From Geosiphon pyriformis uo1 (lineage: Eukaryota > Fungi > Glomeromycota), in contig JAAOMT010000047.1 in the NCBI GenBank assembly GCA_016748015.1, forward strand, positions 2,977 through 66,976: DNA of 64,000 bases, in the 5' to 3' direction. The notes under the pieces are model-generated. The model had not been told where the DNA came from. It searched no databases and was given only the letters and a program-made list of their open reading frames with translations. Of this stretch, positions 1-13,095 are shown in pieces. The number at the start of each line of letters is the position of its first letter. Within the stretch, counting starts at the first letter, position 1. The position numbers and the translations under genes are program-made.

Positions 1-600
1 TGTATTACCCGCCTCTGCTGCTTTTGAATAGAGTTGAAATGCTTTTTCCAAGTTTTTCGTTGTTCCCAATCCATTTTCATGACAAACTCCAAGAATGACT
101 TGTGCATCTGTATTACCCGCCTCTGCTGCTTTTGAATAGAGTTGAAATGCTTTTTCCAAGTTTTTCGTTGTTCCCAATCCATTTTCATGACAAACTCCAA
201 GAATGACTTGTGCATCTGTATTACCCGCCTCTGCTGCTTTTGAATAGAGTTGAAATGCTTTTTCCAAGTTTTTCGTTGTTCCTTCTCCATTTTGATAACA
301 AACTCCAAGATTGAATTGTGCATTTGTATTACCCGCCTCTACTGCTTTTGAATAGAGTTGAAATGCTTTTTCCAAGTTTTTCGTTGTTCCTTCTCCATTT
401 TGATAACAAAATCCAAGATTGAATTGTGCATTTGTATTACCCGCCTCTGCTGCTTTTGAATAGAGTTGAAATGCTTTTTCCAAGTTTTTCGTTGTTCCTT
501 CTCCATTTAGATAACAAACTGCAAGATTGACTTGTGCATTTGTATTACCCGCCTCTGCTGCTTTTGAATAGAGTTGAAATGCTTTTTCCAAGTTTTTCGT
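1..600. repeat. 108-bp tandem repeat (about 5.5 units) encoding Sel1 repeats
   Basis: Units start at 1, 109, 217, 325, 433 and 541 with tgtattacccgcctct. Units 1 and 2 are identical. Confidence 0.95.
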
Positions 601-954
601 TTTCCCCATCCATTTCCATAACAACGACCTAAAAAGAATTGTCCAAAAGAATCTTTTGCATTCGCTGCTTTCTGAAATTCTATAAATGCTTTTATTGGAT
701 TGGGGATAGTTCCAATCCTATGTTCTAAAGAAAAGCCAATTAAAACATGGTCTATTGAACGCTTTGAATTTTTATTATTCAAGCACTCGAATAAATCTTT
801 AGCTGTTTTCTGATTTTGTTCAAGATATTTTTTCACGAATTCAGCAACTTTTGAATAAGGATTATTCAAGACCACTTTCTTTGATAACAATTAATGCCCC
901 TTCAACCCAGTCAATGGGTGAATTTACGTTTTCAATTGATGAAGTTGAAGACAT
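1..954 (-). pseudogene. Sel1-like repeat (SLR/TPR) protein, frameshifted; runs off the left edge of the window
   Basis: Minus-strand translation of 1-600 gives tandem 36-aa units such as KNLEKAFQLYSKAAEAGNTDAQVILGVCHENGLGTT. The upstream ORF 507-890 has a degenerate SLR (AFIEFQKAANAKDSFGQFFLGRCYGNGWG). A 1-bp deletion near 601 relative to the repeat consensus shifts the frame. The ATG at 954 is also out of frame with the ORF. Confidence 0.9.
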
Positions 955-1649
955 GATTTTAAGCAATAAAATGGATTATCAAACTTCAAATATTTTGCAT
1001 AGTAAAGAGGAATTTTTAAAGAGTTCAACTTGCTAATAAATAATGATTTCAATGTTAAATGACATTCAGGAAAAGGCTAGCCTTGAAGAGATCTGAAACG
1101 ATAGAAAATTCGGAAATCAGACCCTTACTTCATCAAAGGCTAAATTTCCTCATTTACATTGCTTAAATGAGTAGAGATCGTCCGGGACGGAATTCACTAT
1201 GCTTTCATTGTCTTATTGCTATTTTTAAATTTTAAATGAAAACCTAAAATTGATTTACACTAAACTAAGTGGTATGAAAAAATTTGAAAGGGGTTTTTTG
1301 TGGCTAATTGTATGCAAAGCTTTATTTAACTACTTTAAGATAATCTCAAAAGATGGGCTAATATTTGATAATTAAGTGATTTTACATTATAATACTGAAA
1401 CTCAAAAGTTAAAACTTTAGGGTCGGGCTTCAAGTATATATATTTAATTCGTAAAAATGAAAAGTAACAATTTTTTATTAATTAAAAACATAAAAATATT
1501 AATAATGATTAATTTTTTTTGTATACTAGAAATTTTAATANNNNNNNNNNNNNNNNNNNNAAATATTATTATAAATAAGTCTCTAAATGATTTTATTGAA
1601 ATAAAAAAGGAATATTTTTAATGATCTTTTAAGTATAGTATCAATAATC

Positions 1650-3050
1650 TTATACACGTATATTCAATTTGCATTTAGAAACTATTTTAATGAGTTAAAA
1701 GGAAACATGAAAATCAGTTTTTTCGTACTTTTTGCTACAACTAATGGAGGCTTTGGGTCTTACCAACTAGGGCTACTATATTAGAAAAGAACAAAGTTAT
1801 AGTATATATTAAGAAATTATCATATTTTTTTAAAAAAAGTAAGATTGAATAGGAACACATACTTACCTTTCGTGGATTTAATCAATTTTTTTATTCAGAC
1901 ACTGGGTATCATAAATTGTTGATTAAAACTACTTTAAATTTAAACGGATTTAAACAAAATAAATTTAAGTTAATTTTAATTTGGTATTATTATAGTAATA
2001 TTAACAGTTTTAAGTGGCTCTATTGTAGCATATAGTTTTAAATTTTAAGATTAAATGAATAATTGATGACTTTTTTTAATTTAGAAAATTAGTTTTGCAG
2101 TTGTTTCTAATATAACAATTCTTAATTTCCACAACAGTTACCACATTTTGAGGGTTTAATTCGTAATTTTTTTGTATTAAAACCACGTCTTGTTTCAGAT
2201 TGTCCAAGATCTGAACTTGACTAGTGTCACATAAATCAAATTTATTGCTGGTTAGTGCTGAGGCTTGTTCGATAAAATATTTTTGATAATCCTCTTCATT
2301 ATAAGATGTTGGTGGATTGTTGAACCTGCCATGATGAACCTTCCTTTGCTCAGCGGATTATCAAGAAGTTGGATAAGCTGACCTTCTCTATCTCCATTTG
2401 TGTCCCTTCAAAATTGTAAATATAGTTGAATATAAGGAAAATAAAAGAAATAATTTATAAACATACCACAAAATGACAAATGAGGTAACAAAAGCATATA
2501 TTGTTTCATCTCCGTGATTAGCCCGAGTTTAGAATCATTCTCTACTTTGCGTCTAACATCTGCAAAGCCTGCATGAAGATACGTAAAAAAATAGCAGAAC
2601 CAGCAGAAGTTAGTCAATGTCACAAACGCTATATACCAAACATTCTATAAAACATATATTATTACAAAATGAACGAAATAATAATATAGATAGTATGGGT
2701 AGAAAAGTAATTTACAAAGTTATTAAGCTCTACTCTATGTCCCAAGTCATGAAGTCTTTACCTGTGTTAGTTATTTCCATCAACGTATCTTGTAGTTTTC
2801 GCACCTGCAACCCCATCTATATTTGCTCCGTATCAGTTTCGTCTTCTGTTTTTCCAGCTCTTCCTTTTCTTCTGTCCATATCGCCCCTTCATCATCGTCC
2901 TTCCACTCTCTTTCTCTTAGCTTTCTCGTCAACTCTTCTAATCTATCTGCTTTCTCACTCTCCATAAACTTCTCTAGCTTCTCCACGCGTCTTTCATACT
3001 CCCTCTCAACTTTCTCGAATACTTTTATAATATCTTCAATGCTGGTGTTT
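1650..3050 (-). pseudogene. Crinkler-like gene relic: N-terminal charged coiled coil plus decayed PD-(D/E)XK nuclease-like domain
   Basis: ORF 2780-2986 is a Glu/Lys/Trp coiled coil. Minus-strand 2110-2280 reads DTSQVQILDNLKQDVVLIQKNYELNPQNVVTVVEIK, resembling the KPD...VVAVGEIK REase core. Stops and introns are present and boundaries are approximate. Confidence 0.5.
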
Positions 3051-4500
3051 TGCGTGTTTTTTAATGGTGTGGATAAAAATTTGGGATAAATTTTTTTGTT
3101 TCAATAAAGCAATAAAATCCTTAGTCTTATTGAAAGAGCAAGCTTTGAATTGAAAAATTTGAGCTGAATACCAGAAATAAACAATTTTTTGAGAATTTTA
3201 GTTTGATTACGACTTGTAAACATGGTACTGTTCTATGTGCTCAAAGAAAGTTTATTACTTGTTATGATTGATAATTAAATATTTTAAGATAATTTTTAAT
3301 TATTAAAACGATAAATCAACAATAAGGTCGCAGTTTTCAGATTGTTTTAATACAAATGAAATTAATATATTTAATATTAATGTGTTTGATTTATAAAATA
3401 TTTGATAAACATAATTTTAATTTTTAAATATTTTATTCAACAAACACATAAAGTAATACATAACTTTGGTTTATAAATATTCACCTTTAGATTAATTAAT
3501 ATGATTGGCAGATGTAACCAAATATATTATTGATATAAAGTTTTGAAACTGATTATTGTTTATAATAAATAATAATTTAAACTTGAGCATTTGTAGTAAT
3601 GCTTTTATTCAAAAAATTTTACCAAATATTATTTATTTTTTAGATATTAAGTTTAATAACAACAACATTAAAAATTTCTTAAAATCTAAACATATTTTTA
3701 ACAATAATTAAACTTAAAAAAATGATAGATCATATACTTAAATAATTATATTACTAATTTTATAAACTATATAATAAAAAAGTTAATTAATTTAGCTTTA
3801 AAAGTGGTTTTAAAAACAAAAGATTTTAATATTATTTTTTATTAAAATTGATCAGTAATTAAAAACAAATTAATAAAAGCAAAAGTTTTTAAAATAAATA
3901 ATTTTATATTGTTACAGTTTAATAAACTTTAATTTAAAAATAACAACAAAAAACAGATTTATAAATTATATTATATATTTGCAATTTTTAAAATAGTAAA
4001 AAAAAATGATTTAATTAAATTAATATTAATGACAATATTTAAAAATTTTTAAAATATAAAACAACTTAATATTGTTTTTAAAAGCCAATTTAAGATTAAT
4101 AAAATTACATAATAAATTATTTTAATTTTATCAAAATACCAAATACTAAAATAAAAACTATTTACTTAAAATTTTTTTGATAATTAATAATAGTCTTTTA
4201 AGTTTTATTAAAATTTGTGAGATTTTTTTATGTTATCAATTTAGCTTTTTAAGTTAGTAATATCAAGATTAAATATGTGTTAAAACACAATTTGATTTGT
4301 TTTTACATTAGAAAATAATTTATTAAAATAAATGTATTAGACAACACAACCAATTGTTAATCCTATCATCGAATTTTATTCTTAAAAAAGTATTAATCGC
4401 TGAAATGGAATAAAAATGACAACCATATTTTTCATTATCTTTTTAATTGTGAAATAAGAATTAGAGTTTTAGCGATAAAAGAGACCAAATTTAAGTTAGA

Positions 4501-4502
<2 letters not shown>

Positions 4503-4590
<88 letters not shown>
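4503..4590. repeat. (ATT)n microsatellite, about 29 units
   Basis: Perfect attattatt run. Confidence 0.97.
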
Positions 4591-5229
4591 GTGTGTATAA
4601 ATTATTTTTAATCATGTATAATAAAATTATGATTATAAAATGTGAAAATACGAATTTATAAATATTAAAAGTTGATTAAATAATATTGAATTTATAAAAT
4701 AAGTGTATTATATTGGTTTGCTTTAATACTTGAATAAAATTTTCCAAGATATTTTAGTTTTTAAAATAAATGTTATTAAGTTTTATTTTGAATTTATCAA
4801 AATTATAGTATTATTTTATAGAAAAAGATTTTATGTTAAGTTTCATAAATCTTTAATTTCATTATTGAATATTAAAAGTAAGATATTAATAAAAGCGGGA
4901 ATTAATTGGTTTATAAATACTTTAATTGAATAAATTATTATCCAAAGTTTTTGATTGAAGCATCCAAAGAAAAACTGAGAACAAGAAATTAAAAGTGGTC
5001 ATTAATAAAACTTTTCTGTTTTAGTATTAGACAAATTAAAATAACAAAAAGTAATTACATTAATCAAATGTCTATTATTAAAGCATATTCTCAAAAAATA
5101 TTTTATTACAACAGATAAGTCTTTTAATATTTAGAAACCCGAATTACATCTCAATTTTTAAATGTATTTGATTCCTATTTAGAATCTTGAAATGTTATTT
5201 TTCATGGTTCACAGGAACCCTAAATCGTT

Positions 5230-5298
5230 TATTATTATTATTATTATTGTTGTTGTTGTTGTTATTATTATTATTATTATTGTTGTTGTTGTCATTGT
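5230..5298. repeat. Compound (TTA)n/(TTG)n microsatellite
   Basis: Alternating tta and ttg runs. Confidence 0.85.
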
Positions 5299-5521
5299 TC
5301 TACAAATAAATACTCGTTTAAGCAATGAGACGATCGGAAACTTGTTTGGCTGTTTATAGCTACTAAATTTGTTTATGATTTGTTAACATTAAGAAACAGC
5401 AGGATAAATAGGGGACTTTTTGCTTTGAAAAAATTAAATTTAGCATTAATAAAAGACTTAAAAAAGCTCTCTTCGAATTATAACCTATTCACATTTGAAA
5501 CTTTATTCACATTTATAAATC

Positions 5522-6364
5522 ATGGAAAATAAAGAAATTAAAAGAACTCATTCAGAAATACATGATTGCAACCTGTGTTCACTCTGTCAAGAGAAGATTT
5601 TAAATAATAATTCTAATAATTGAAAAGCATGCTGATTCATATTTCTTAAAAAACTTTACCGCGACTGTTCAAGTGGCAATAAAGTAGTTGAAGAAATAAT
5701 TAAGAATCCAATTTATATTCCACCTAATCGATCTAATAGTTATGATAGATTCCATGGGAGCGTTTGTCGAATATTAACGAAATTGCTAGAGGAGGGTTAA
5801 GTAGAATTTATAAAGCAACCCTAATTGATGGATTAATTAATAAATATGCTATAAAACATTATGGTTCAATGGAATATGGAAAATGGGAAGTAGGGAAGGA
5901 AGTAGCAATAAAAATTATCCCAACAAACAGTGAAGAAGTGTTTAAAGAGGTAAAAATATATATTATTAATTAATTCATATTTTCATTTTATTTATTTATT
6001 TACTTTATACTTTTTTACACTGTATTGTTAGTTAAAATATTCAAAGAGCTCTCTATATTAATAACGACGAGATTTTAAGTGATCATACCTCTTCAAATCT
6101 ATGGGATTACGCAAAATGTTGAAACACTCGAGTATGGAATTGTGATGGAGTTTGCCAAACATGGAGATTTGCGAAAATATTTATCAACCAATTTTCATTC
6201 TAAGAGTTGGTCTGATAAATTAGGGATCGCAGAGAGAATAGCTTTTGAACTTTAACAAATTCATTCTTCTGGTATGATTTATCGTGACCTACATTCTGCA
6301 ATATCATATAGGTATGGTCAATATTGGAGATCTGGGATTATGTCAACCAGTAAACAATGAAGCG

Positions 6365-6409
<45 letters not shown>

Positions 6410-7120
6410 GAAGAAAAAAAGATATATGGAGTGATTACATACATTCCACCAGAAGTTTTAAGAGGAGAAAAGTTTAGAATGGCTGGTGATATTTATAGTT
6501 TTCCCATGATATTATGGGAATTAGCAACAGGAAAGCCTCCTTTTCATGATCGTTCTCATGACCACCTTCTTATAATAGATATTTTGAATGGTCAAAAACC
6601 TAAAATTAACCCCCCACTTATTTCCCCTTGTATTGCCGAAATAATTGAAAAATGTTGGAATGCTAATCCATTAAGTCGTCCTACTGCCAAGAAAGTTAGG
6701 GATAAGTTGTGGTAACTTGGAGATATGCATCAGTGGTATTTAGATAAGGAGTCTACAAATGAAGAGTTTACATATGAAGAGGTTAAAACTGTGTCTCTCC
6801 AGTTTAAAAAATCAGAAAAATACATAAAAGAAATGTTGAAAAACGACTCGACAACAACAACAACAACGCGCGTTCATCCTGGGGCAGTTTATACAAGTCG
6901 TCTTTTAACTTTGCAAATAATTGAAGAAACAAAAGGTTAGTTAATCTATTTTTATATTTATTACTTTAATTATTATACAGTATATTGAAAATTTACATTA
7001 ATTTACTTTTAAAACAATTAGTCTATTTCCCTAAAGGTAAGAAATAACATTAATCATTAATGAAATTCATCCTCTTGTTTAATACTTAATTTTTTTACTA
7101 TCTATTATATTTAGATGACT
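5522..7120 (+). pseudogene. TKL-type protein kinase (AMF-expanded family), disrupted
   Basis: Motifs EIARGGLSRIYKA, VAIK, YGITQN..YGIVMEFAKHGDLRKYL, YRDLHS, IGDLGL, YGVITYIPPE, GDIYSF, WELATGKPPF, CWNANPLSRPTA and HPGAVYTSR. Intron at about 5950-6030. In-frame stops near 5621, 6253 and 6713 plus frameshifts. Confidence 0.92.
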
Positions 7121-8064
7121 TTATAATTAAATTAATATTATTTTAATTAGTTTACCTTTTCATAAGTGATATATTTTAGATAGCTTTCATTACATTTAAA
7201 ATTTAAATTATATTAATTATATTAACTATAATGCTTATTGAATTCATTTCAATATATAATTTTATTAATTTATTATAAAGAGTATTCTTCATATAAATAA
7301 TAATTTTTTTTCATATAAAGTAATTATCTAAAAATTGTTTATCCTTCAAGAGAAATTATAATAAAAAGTTTATTTTGAAAAGAGATTCAAATTTAGGGTT
7401 AAATAAATCGATTAAACGCAAATCAAAGTTAAAATCGTGGTAAAAAGTCTATTTTAATAAAAAAAAACTTATTATTCTTTTAAATTTTATAAATGTATTA
7501 AATCTTTTATAATTCTCTATTTAAAAAACAGAAACTTTTAAGAAAATATATAGATTAATTCATATATACCTATTTTTCAAATGTAACTTTATTTAACATT
7601 TAAAAGAATCTATCAAAATAAAAAATATTTTAACACATTTTAAATATGGTGAACATATAATGAAATTAGAACTATGTAAAAATAAAAGGACAAAAATTAC
7701 TAAAATTAAAGTTTAAAATCTTGAAACTCTAAGTAAAGAGTTTGATAAAACCAAAATTTTATTTTTTTTCTTGAAAATTGAAAAGCTAAAAATCCTAAAT
7801 ATATTTACATAGGCGGCATAACAACCACTTTCAAATGCTACAAGCACCAAATTCACAATAATGATGGTTTCTCAATTTTGAATATAAAATAGAAATATGT
7901 TCAGATAATAAATAAATTGATTTTGTACGAATTTTTAAAAATTTTTAAAAATTTTTGTTTTAATATTACAGATAATCATGCATTACTTTCTTTAGAAAAC
8001 TCCACAAAACTCATTTTCTTGAGATGGGGGAAAAAAACATAAGCAATCATATAATAACAGATCA

Positions 8065-9536
8065 CATATTTGTATAAAAAATATTAACGCTTTATCCAAT
8101 GACTGGGAATTTATTTAATAATCAAAATTCCTCTGATATTAGGATTGTAGTTGGCGAAGTACCTAATATTAGAAATTTTCAAGCTCATTCGCAAATTTTG
8201 CTATACCACTCTCTAATAATTGGGTGTAAAAGGGAAAACAATACTATTATCTTTGCTAAAACTAATATTTCACCCAAGATTTTTTAAATGACTCTTTGGT
8301 AAATGTTTTTGATCATTTTTGCTAGAAAGTCTTTTTGTCGATATAAATTAATATGTTTTATTTTCTTGAACAGATATATTTATACTGGCGAGATTTTTCT
8401 TATTGAACATAGAGAACCTACCATTTTAGAATTCCTTGTGCTTATTCTAGAAAACATTATTGATCATCTTGAAGACTATTTGATTGAACACCATGCAAAA
8501 GAGCTAGAAAAATATTTCGCCACTTTGCAAAGAACTTCATTTATCCATGACTTTTTCAAAAAGTTATAAAATTTCTGCATCGAAATAGATGCTAACAATC
8601 CAGCTATAGTCTTCAACTCGCAAGATTTCACCTCGCTTAGTGAAAATGTTCTTTCCTCAATTTTAACCCGAGATGATCTAAATATAGAAGAATCCGAAAT
8701 ATAGCAAAAAATTGTAGAATGGGGAGTTGCTAAATTAGAGAACAATATTCAGACGAAGAACGTTCTTTACTGGACAGATGAAAACTTTAAAGCCTTTAAG
8801 GAATCTATTGAGAGACTTTCACCTTTAATCCGGTTCTTTAACATATCTTTAGTTGACTTCTATCACAAAGTAAAACCATTTGCGAGAATCTTACCTGGAA
8901 CTTTATATGAAGATCTTTTACATCATTATCTCGTACCGGGTAGTCATCAAAAGTCTGTAGATGCTCAGCCATTATGATCAAATCTTAATTCAAAGCTTCT
9001 TCGATTGCAAAATATAAAAACAACTTGATCATTGGATTGAAGGCAAAGACGAAAATACTCCTGTCGAAGATCAACTTAGAAATGATTTCCAATTGTTACT
9101 TCGAGGCAGTCAAGACGGATTCACTCCAGCCGATTTTCATCGATTATGTGGTGATAAAGGAGCAACAGTAAGCGTAATAAAAGTGAAAGGAACTGGTCAG
9201 GTAATTGGCGGCTATAACCCACAGTCTTGGCACTCTCGGGGAGAAAATATAAATGGAAGAGGAATTTTTATTTTTTCCCTTGGAGATTGCAAAGCTGGAA
9301 ATTCTAAGCTTAGCAAATTTGTTGGCATATATGGAACTTTTGGTGAGCCAAATCATGGACCCCAATTTAATGCCAATATTCGTGTGTTTGGCGATGATTT
9401 TAAAAATAGTCCAGGGTGCTATTGTCAAAAGACAACAGAATATGAGCATGCTATAATGCCTGGATCAGAAAAGGGACGGGTGAATTTCCTTTTCAAGTTT
9501 TTCAAATTATATAAAAATAAATTCGCTTTTATCTAA
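8065..9536 (+). pseudogene. BTB/POZ-BACK-TLDc domain protein, disrupted
   Basis: BTB: SDIRIVVGEVPNIRNFQAHSQIL and YIYTGEI. BACK: DFTSLSENVLSSILTRDDLNIEESEI*QKIVEWG. TLDc: LLRGSQDGFTPADFHRLCGDKGATVSVIKVKGTGQVIGGYNPQSW. Several premature stops. Confidence 0.92.
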
Positions 9537-9699
9537 TTTTATTATGCATATTCTGAAGACTCTACTACCAATCTTATTAATTTTCATTGGCAGAATATTC
9601 TATAGCCTTCACAATAATGAAAGAATATCATTTAAATTATTTAAACATCAAAAAAACTTTAGAACTTATAATATATAAACTGTATTTATTTTAAATATG

Positions 9700-11813
9700 T
9701 TAATTTTATGTATATAAATAATAATTTTAAAAGAAAAAAATATAAAAAAAAACTGTTTTAATCTTATTTAATAAACAAATATTTTAATAAGTTAATTACA
9801 ATAATTATAAAAAATTCAATGCTGTTTTAAAACAATTAACAAAAAAACTAGTTAAATAAAAAATAATTGGTTATTTTTTTTTAATTTACTAATATATAAT
9901 TATTACTAAGTAATTATTTAATTAAATTTATATGTTATATCTATTATGAAAAACAACAAAAATTTAATAAACAAAAAATTAAAAATAATATTAAAAAACA
10001 ATTTTAAATACAATTTTAAGGCTGTATATTAAATTTATATTTTATTTTAAAATATTATAATACAAAATACTTATTTTAAATAAAATTAAAAATATAAAAA
10101 ATAAATTATTTAAAATTACTGTTAAATAAAAAAATTATTTTTAATTTAAAAAACTTGATCTTTTTTAAATTAAATTATTGTAAAAGATTTAATAACTAAG
10201 TTCTATCTATTAACACCTTGTCTTTATACCTTTTTTAACTACTTATAAACAATATATTATTGTGGTTTTTATTTTTAAAGATTATTAAATAATTTATTAA
10301 ACTGTATTAGTAATCGTTTTTTAAGTAGATTATGTAACAAAAAATTTTAAAAAATTATTTTAGTTATTTAATTAAATTTTGTGTATTTTGTTGAAATAAA
10401 AATAAAAAAATAATGTTTTATTAATTAAAAACGATTTAAATTTCTTAAAAAACTAGCAAAATATTATTATCTTAAAAAATATTTGTTAAAACTATTAAAT
10501 TAAGTATTGGGATTTTAAAAAGTTTTAAATAAATATTTTTTATAGATTTAATAATATAAAACTTTAAATTCAAGAGACAATTAGTTAAAATTAACTAATA
10601 TTATTAGTAAAAAAATAAAAGTTTAAAAGCAATAAAAAATTTTTAATTTTTTATAATTTATTGTTTTATTGTTTATTATTTATTTATTTTATTAAATTAT
10701 TAAATTTTTTTAATTAGTTATTAATTAGTTGTCAATAATTAAATGAAATTAGCATTGATTTACAAAATATATATAATTTATAATAAATAATTTATTGAAA
10801 CTTATAAAAGTTTTTTAATTTTTATTAGTAATACATAAAAAAAAGTTTTTTTTTTCAAAAAATGTATTTTAAATATTAAAAACTTTATTTTAAATTTTAT
10901 ATTAAAAAAACACATTTTAAATTTATTATTTTGAAAAGCTTTCAGTTAAAATTTTTTAACTTTTACTGTAAAATAATTACATATTATTAAAAGAATTTAT
11001 AATTGAAAATTTTTAAGAAAATTTGATTTTTACTGCAAAATAACTATAAATTATTAAAAAACCAAATGTTAATTAATTAAAAAATTTGAATTTAAATATT
11101 AGTTTACAGTTTTTCTATAATATTTTAAAAAAATATGTTGTATTAATAAAATTAAGTCAAAATTTTAGCAGTATTATTAATTAGAAAAATGACTATTTAT
11201 AATAATAATAATTATAGTTAATTATATAAATACAATAATTATTTAATTAAAAAAATATACATAATAAAATTAACTTATAACTATAAATTTGTTAGAATTA
11301 ATAATTAAAAAAAAGAAAACAATAAAAACAATTATAAAAATAAATTTATTAATTATAAAAATCAATAAAATTAAATAGAATATTTGTAAATTTTAATAAT
11401 AAATAATTTAAACAATTTTTTATTTTTATTTTTATATATTAATAATAATTATACATATTTTAAAATTTAATACTTTATAAAAATTTAAATAAAATTAGTT
11501 ATAATACATATATATTTGTAATATAATTTTAATTAAATATTGTAAAATTGTAATAATATATTACTAAGTTATTAATTTAATTAAAAAAATTTATTTGAAT
11601 AATTTAGTAAACTTTCACTTCAATAATTGCAAACAAATAGTTAAATTTTTTATGTTTTAATATTGTATTTTTTTAATTACATAACAATATTATCCAATTA
11701 GTATTATAAATTCGAATTTATTATATTTTATTAGAATTATAACCTGTAATTTATTCTTTTTGAATCTTATTTATAAACATCATAATTTTTTGTTTTGTAA
11801 AAAAGACCTAAAA

Positions 11814-11848
<35 letters not shown>

Positions 11849-12150
11849 TATACTTAATATTGTTATTAATATATATTTGAATTATCAAAATTTTATTTTA
11901 ATTGTTTTTAAAGCTTTTAAATTATCATTATCTATCTGCAAAAAATTGAGTTTTTCATTTTTTGGGTGGATAATTTGATTTAATTTACATAATTAGACTA
12001 ATTTTTATAACTCTAATCTAATTTTAAGTTAATTTCAAAAATCAATATTAAAAGTAATTATTATTTTTAGATTTGCTATTTTTTTTAAAAATTATTGAAA
12101 ATTAAAAAGAAATAATTCATCCAAAAAAATTATTTTGCAAAAAAAAATAA
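9700..12150. mobile_element. Extremely decayed LTR-retroelement relic
   Basis: Almost no G/C. The motif tt(g)atttttactgcaaaataac at about 10960-11045 recurs at about 24555-24645. No readable ORF remains. Confidence 0.4.
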
Positions 12151-12199
12151 TATTTTTCTAAAAAATAAGACAAATTTATTTAATCATTTAAAAAAACCA

Positions 12200-13095
12200 G
12201 AAATATTACATGATTTTCAAATTATCTTAAATATTTTTTTAAATAACCTTTTTTTTTCTTATTTTTTATGATCATAATTAAAACAAAAAGTAAAAAAGTT
12301 TTAAATATTACTTTTTTTATAGTAACTAACAAAAAAAATTTTTTTAAATATTAATAGTTTTTAAACTATTTTTTTATTTTTGATTAATAATTTTTCTTTA
12401 ATCAAAGTTTTTTAGAATTAATCTTAATATTTTTTAATAAATTAGTTTTTTTTATTTTTATTAATATTATTATTATTATTGTTTCTTTACAAATGGTCAA
12501 AAAAGCCAAATTTAAAAAATAGTAATAATTACTTGTATTTATTATTGTTATATCAAACTTTAAATGGAATTTTAAATAAAATTTTCTTAATAATAACTAG
12601 TTTTTTTTTGATATAAATATTAACAACAATTACATGTTTTTTAAAATAAACCAAGATTTATTACTGGCTATATTGTTTAATGTAATCTCTTTTGGCAGAT
12701 TATTATTAATTCTAAAAACAAAACAAGATACATTTTTGAATGTATTTTTAATAAATCAACTTATTAAATTATTTAATCTTAAAAATTAGATTGACCAAAT
12801 AAAAACTGAATTAACTACTTTTTTTCTGTTTTCTGGTACTGTATTTGATAATGTCTAAAAAACAATTTTCAGTTATCAATAATTTTCTGAATAAATGATT
12901 TTTACTTTAGTGATTAATATTACTTTTAACATTAAATTGGTCTTAGTTAATTCTCTGTTCAAATTGCTGTTTGGTTTTATTGGGCTCAAATCATTTTTCA
13001 AAAACAATATTAAGTTGTTCTGTGAAGATTTTGTTTTTAAGGCTTTTTTGGTTACTGTTGTCAAAGTTTCTATTGGTGATTTTTTTTTCTTGTTC
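12200..13095 (+). mobile_element. 5' fragment (UTR plus ORF1 start) of a decayed non-LTR retrotransposon, truncated at the gene island
   Basis: T-rich leader, ATG at about 12493 (MVKKAK), and FNIKLVLVNSLFKLLFGFIGLKS..KLFCEDF. These resemble Glomeromycota LINE ORF1 proteins as I recall them. Confidence 0.5.

Noticed and set aside
1-600. CRISPR-like regular repeats
   Set aside because: Contiguous 108-bp coding units with no unique spacers; they translate as Sel1 repeats.
2617-3089. Plus-strand ORFs 2617-2967 and 2823-3089
   Set aside because: Ser/Phe/Leu-rich antisense shadows of the Glu/Lys-rich minus-strand exon.
3200-4480. Organellar insertion or centromeric AT island
   Set aside because: No rRNA, tRNA or mitochondrial ORF features; more simply an eroded repeat like the others.
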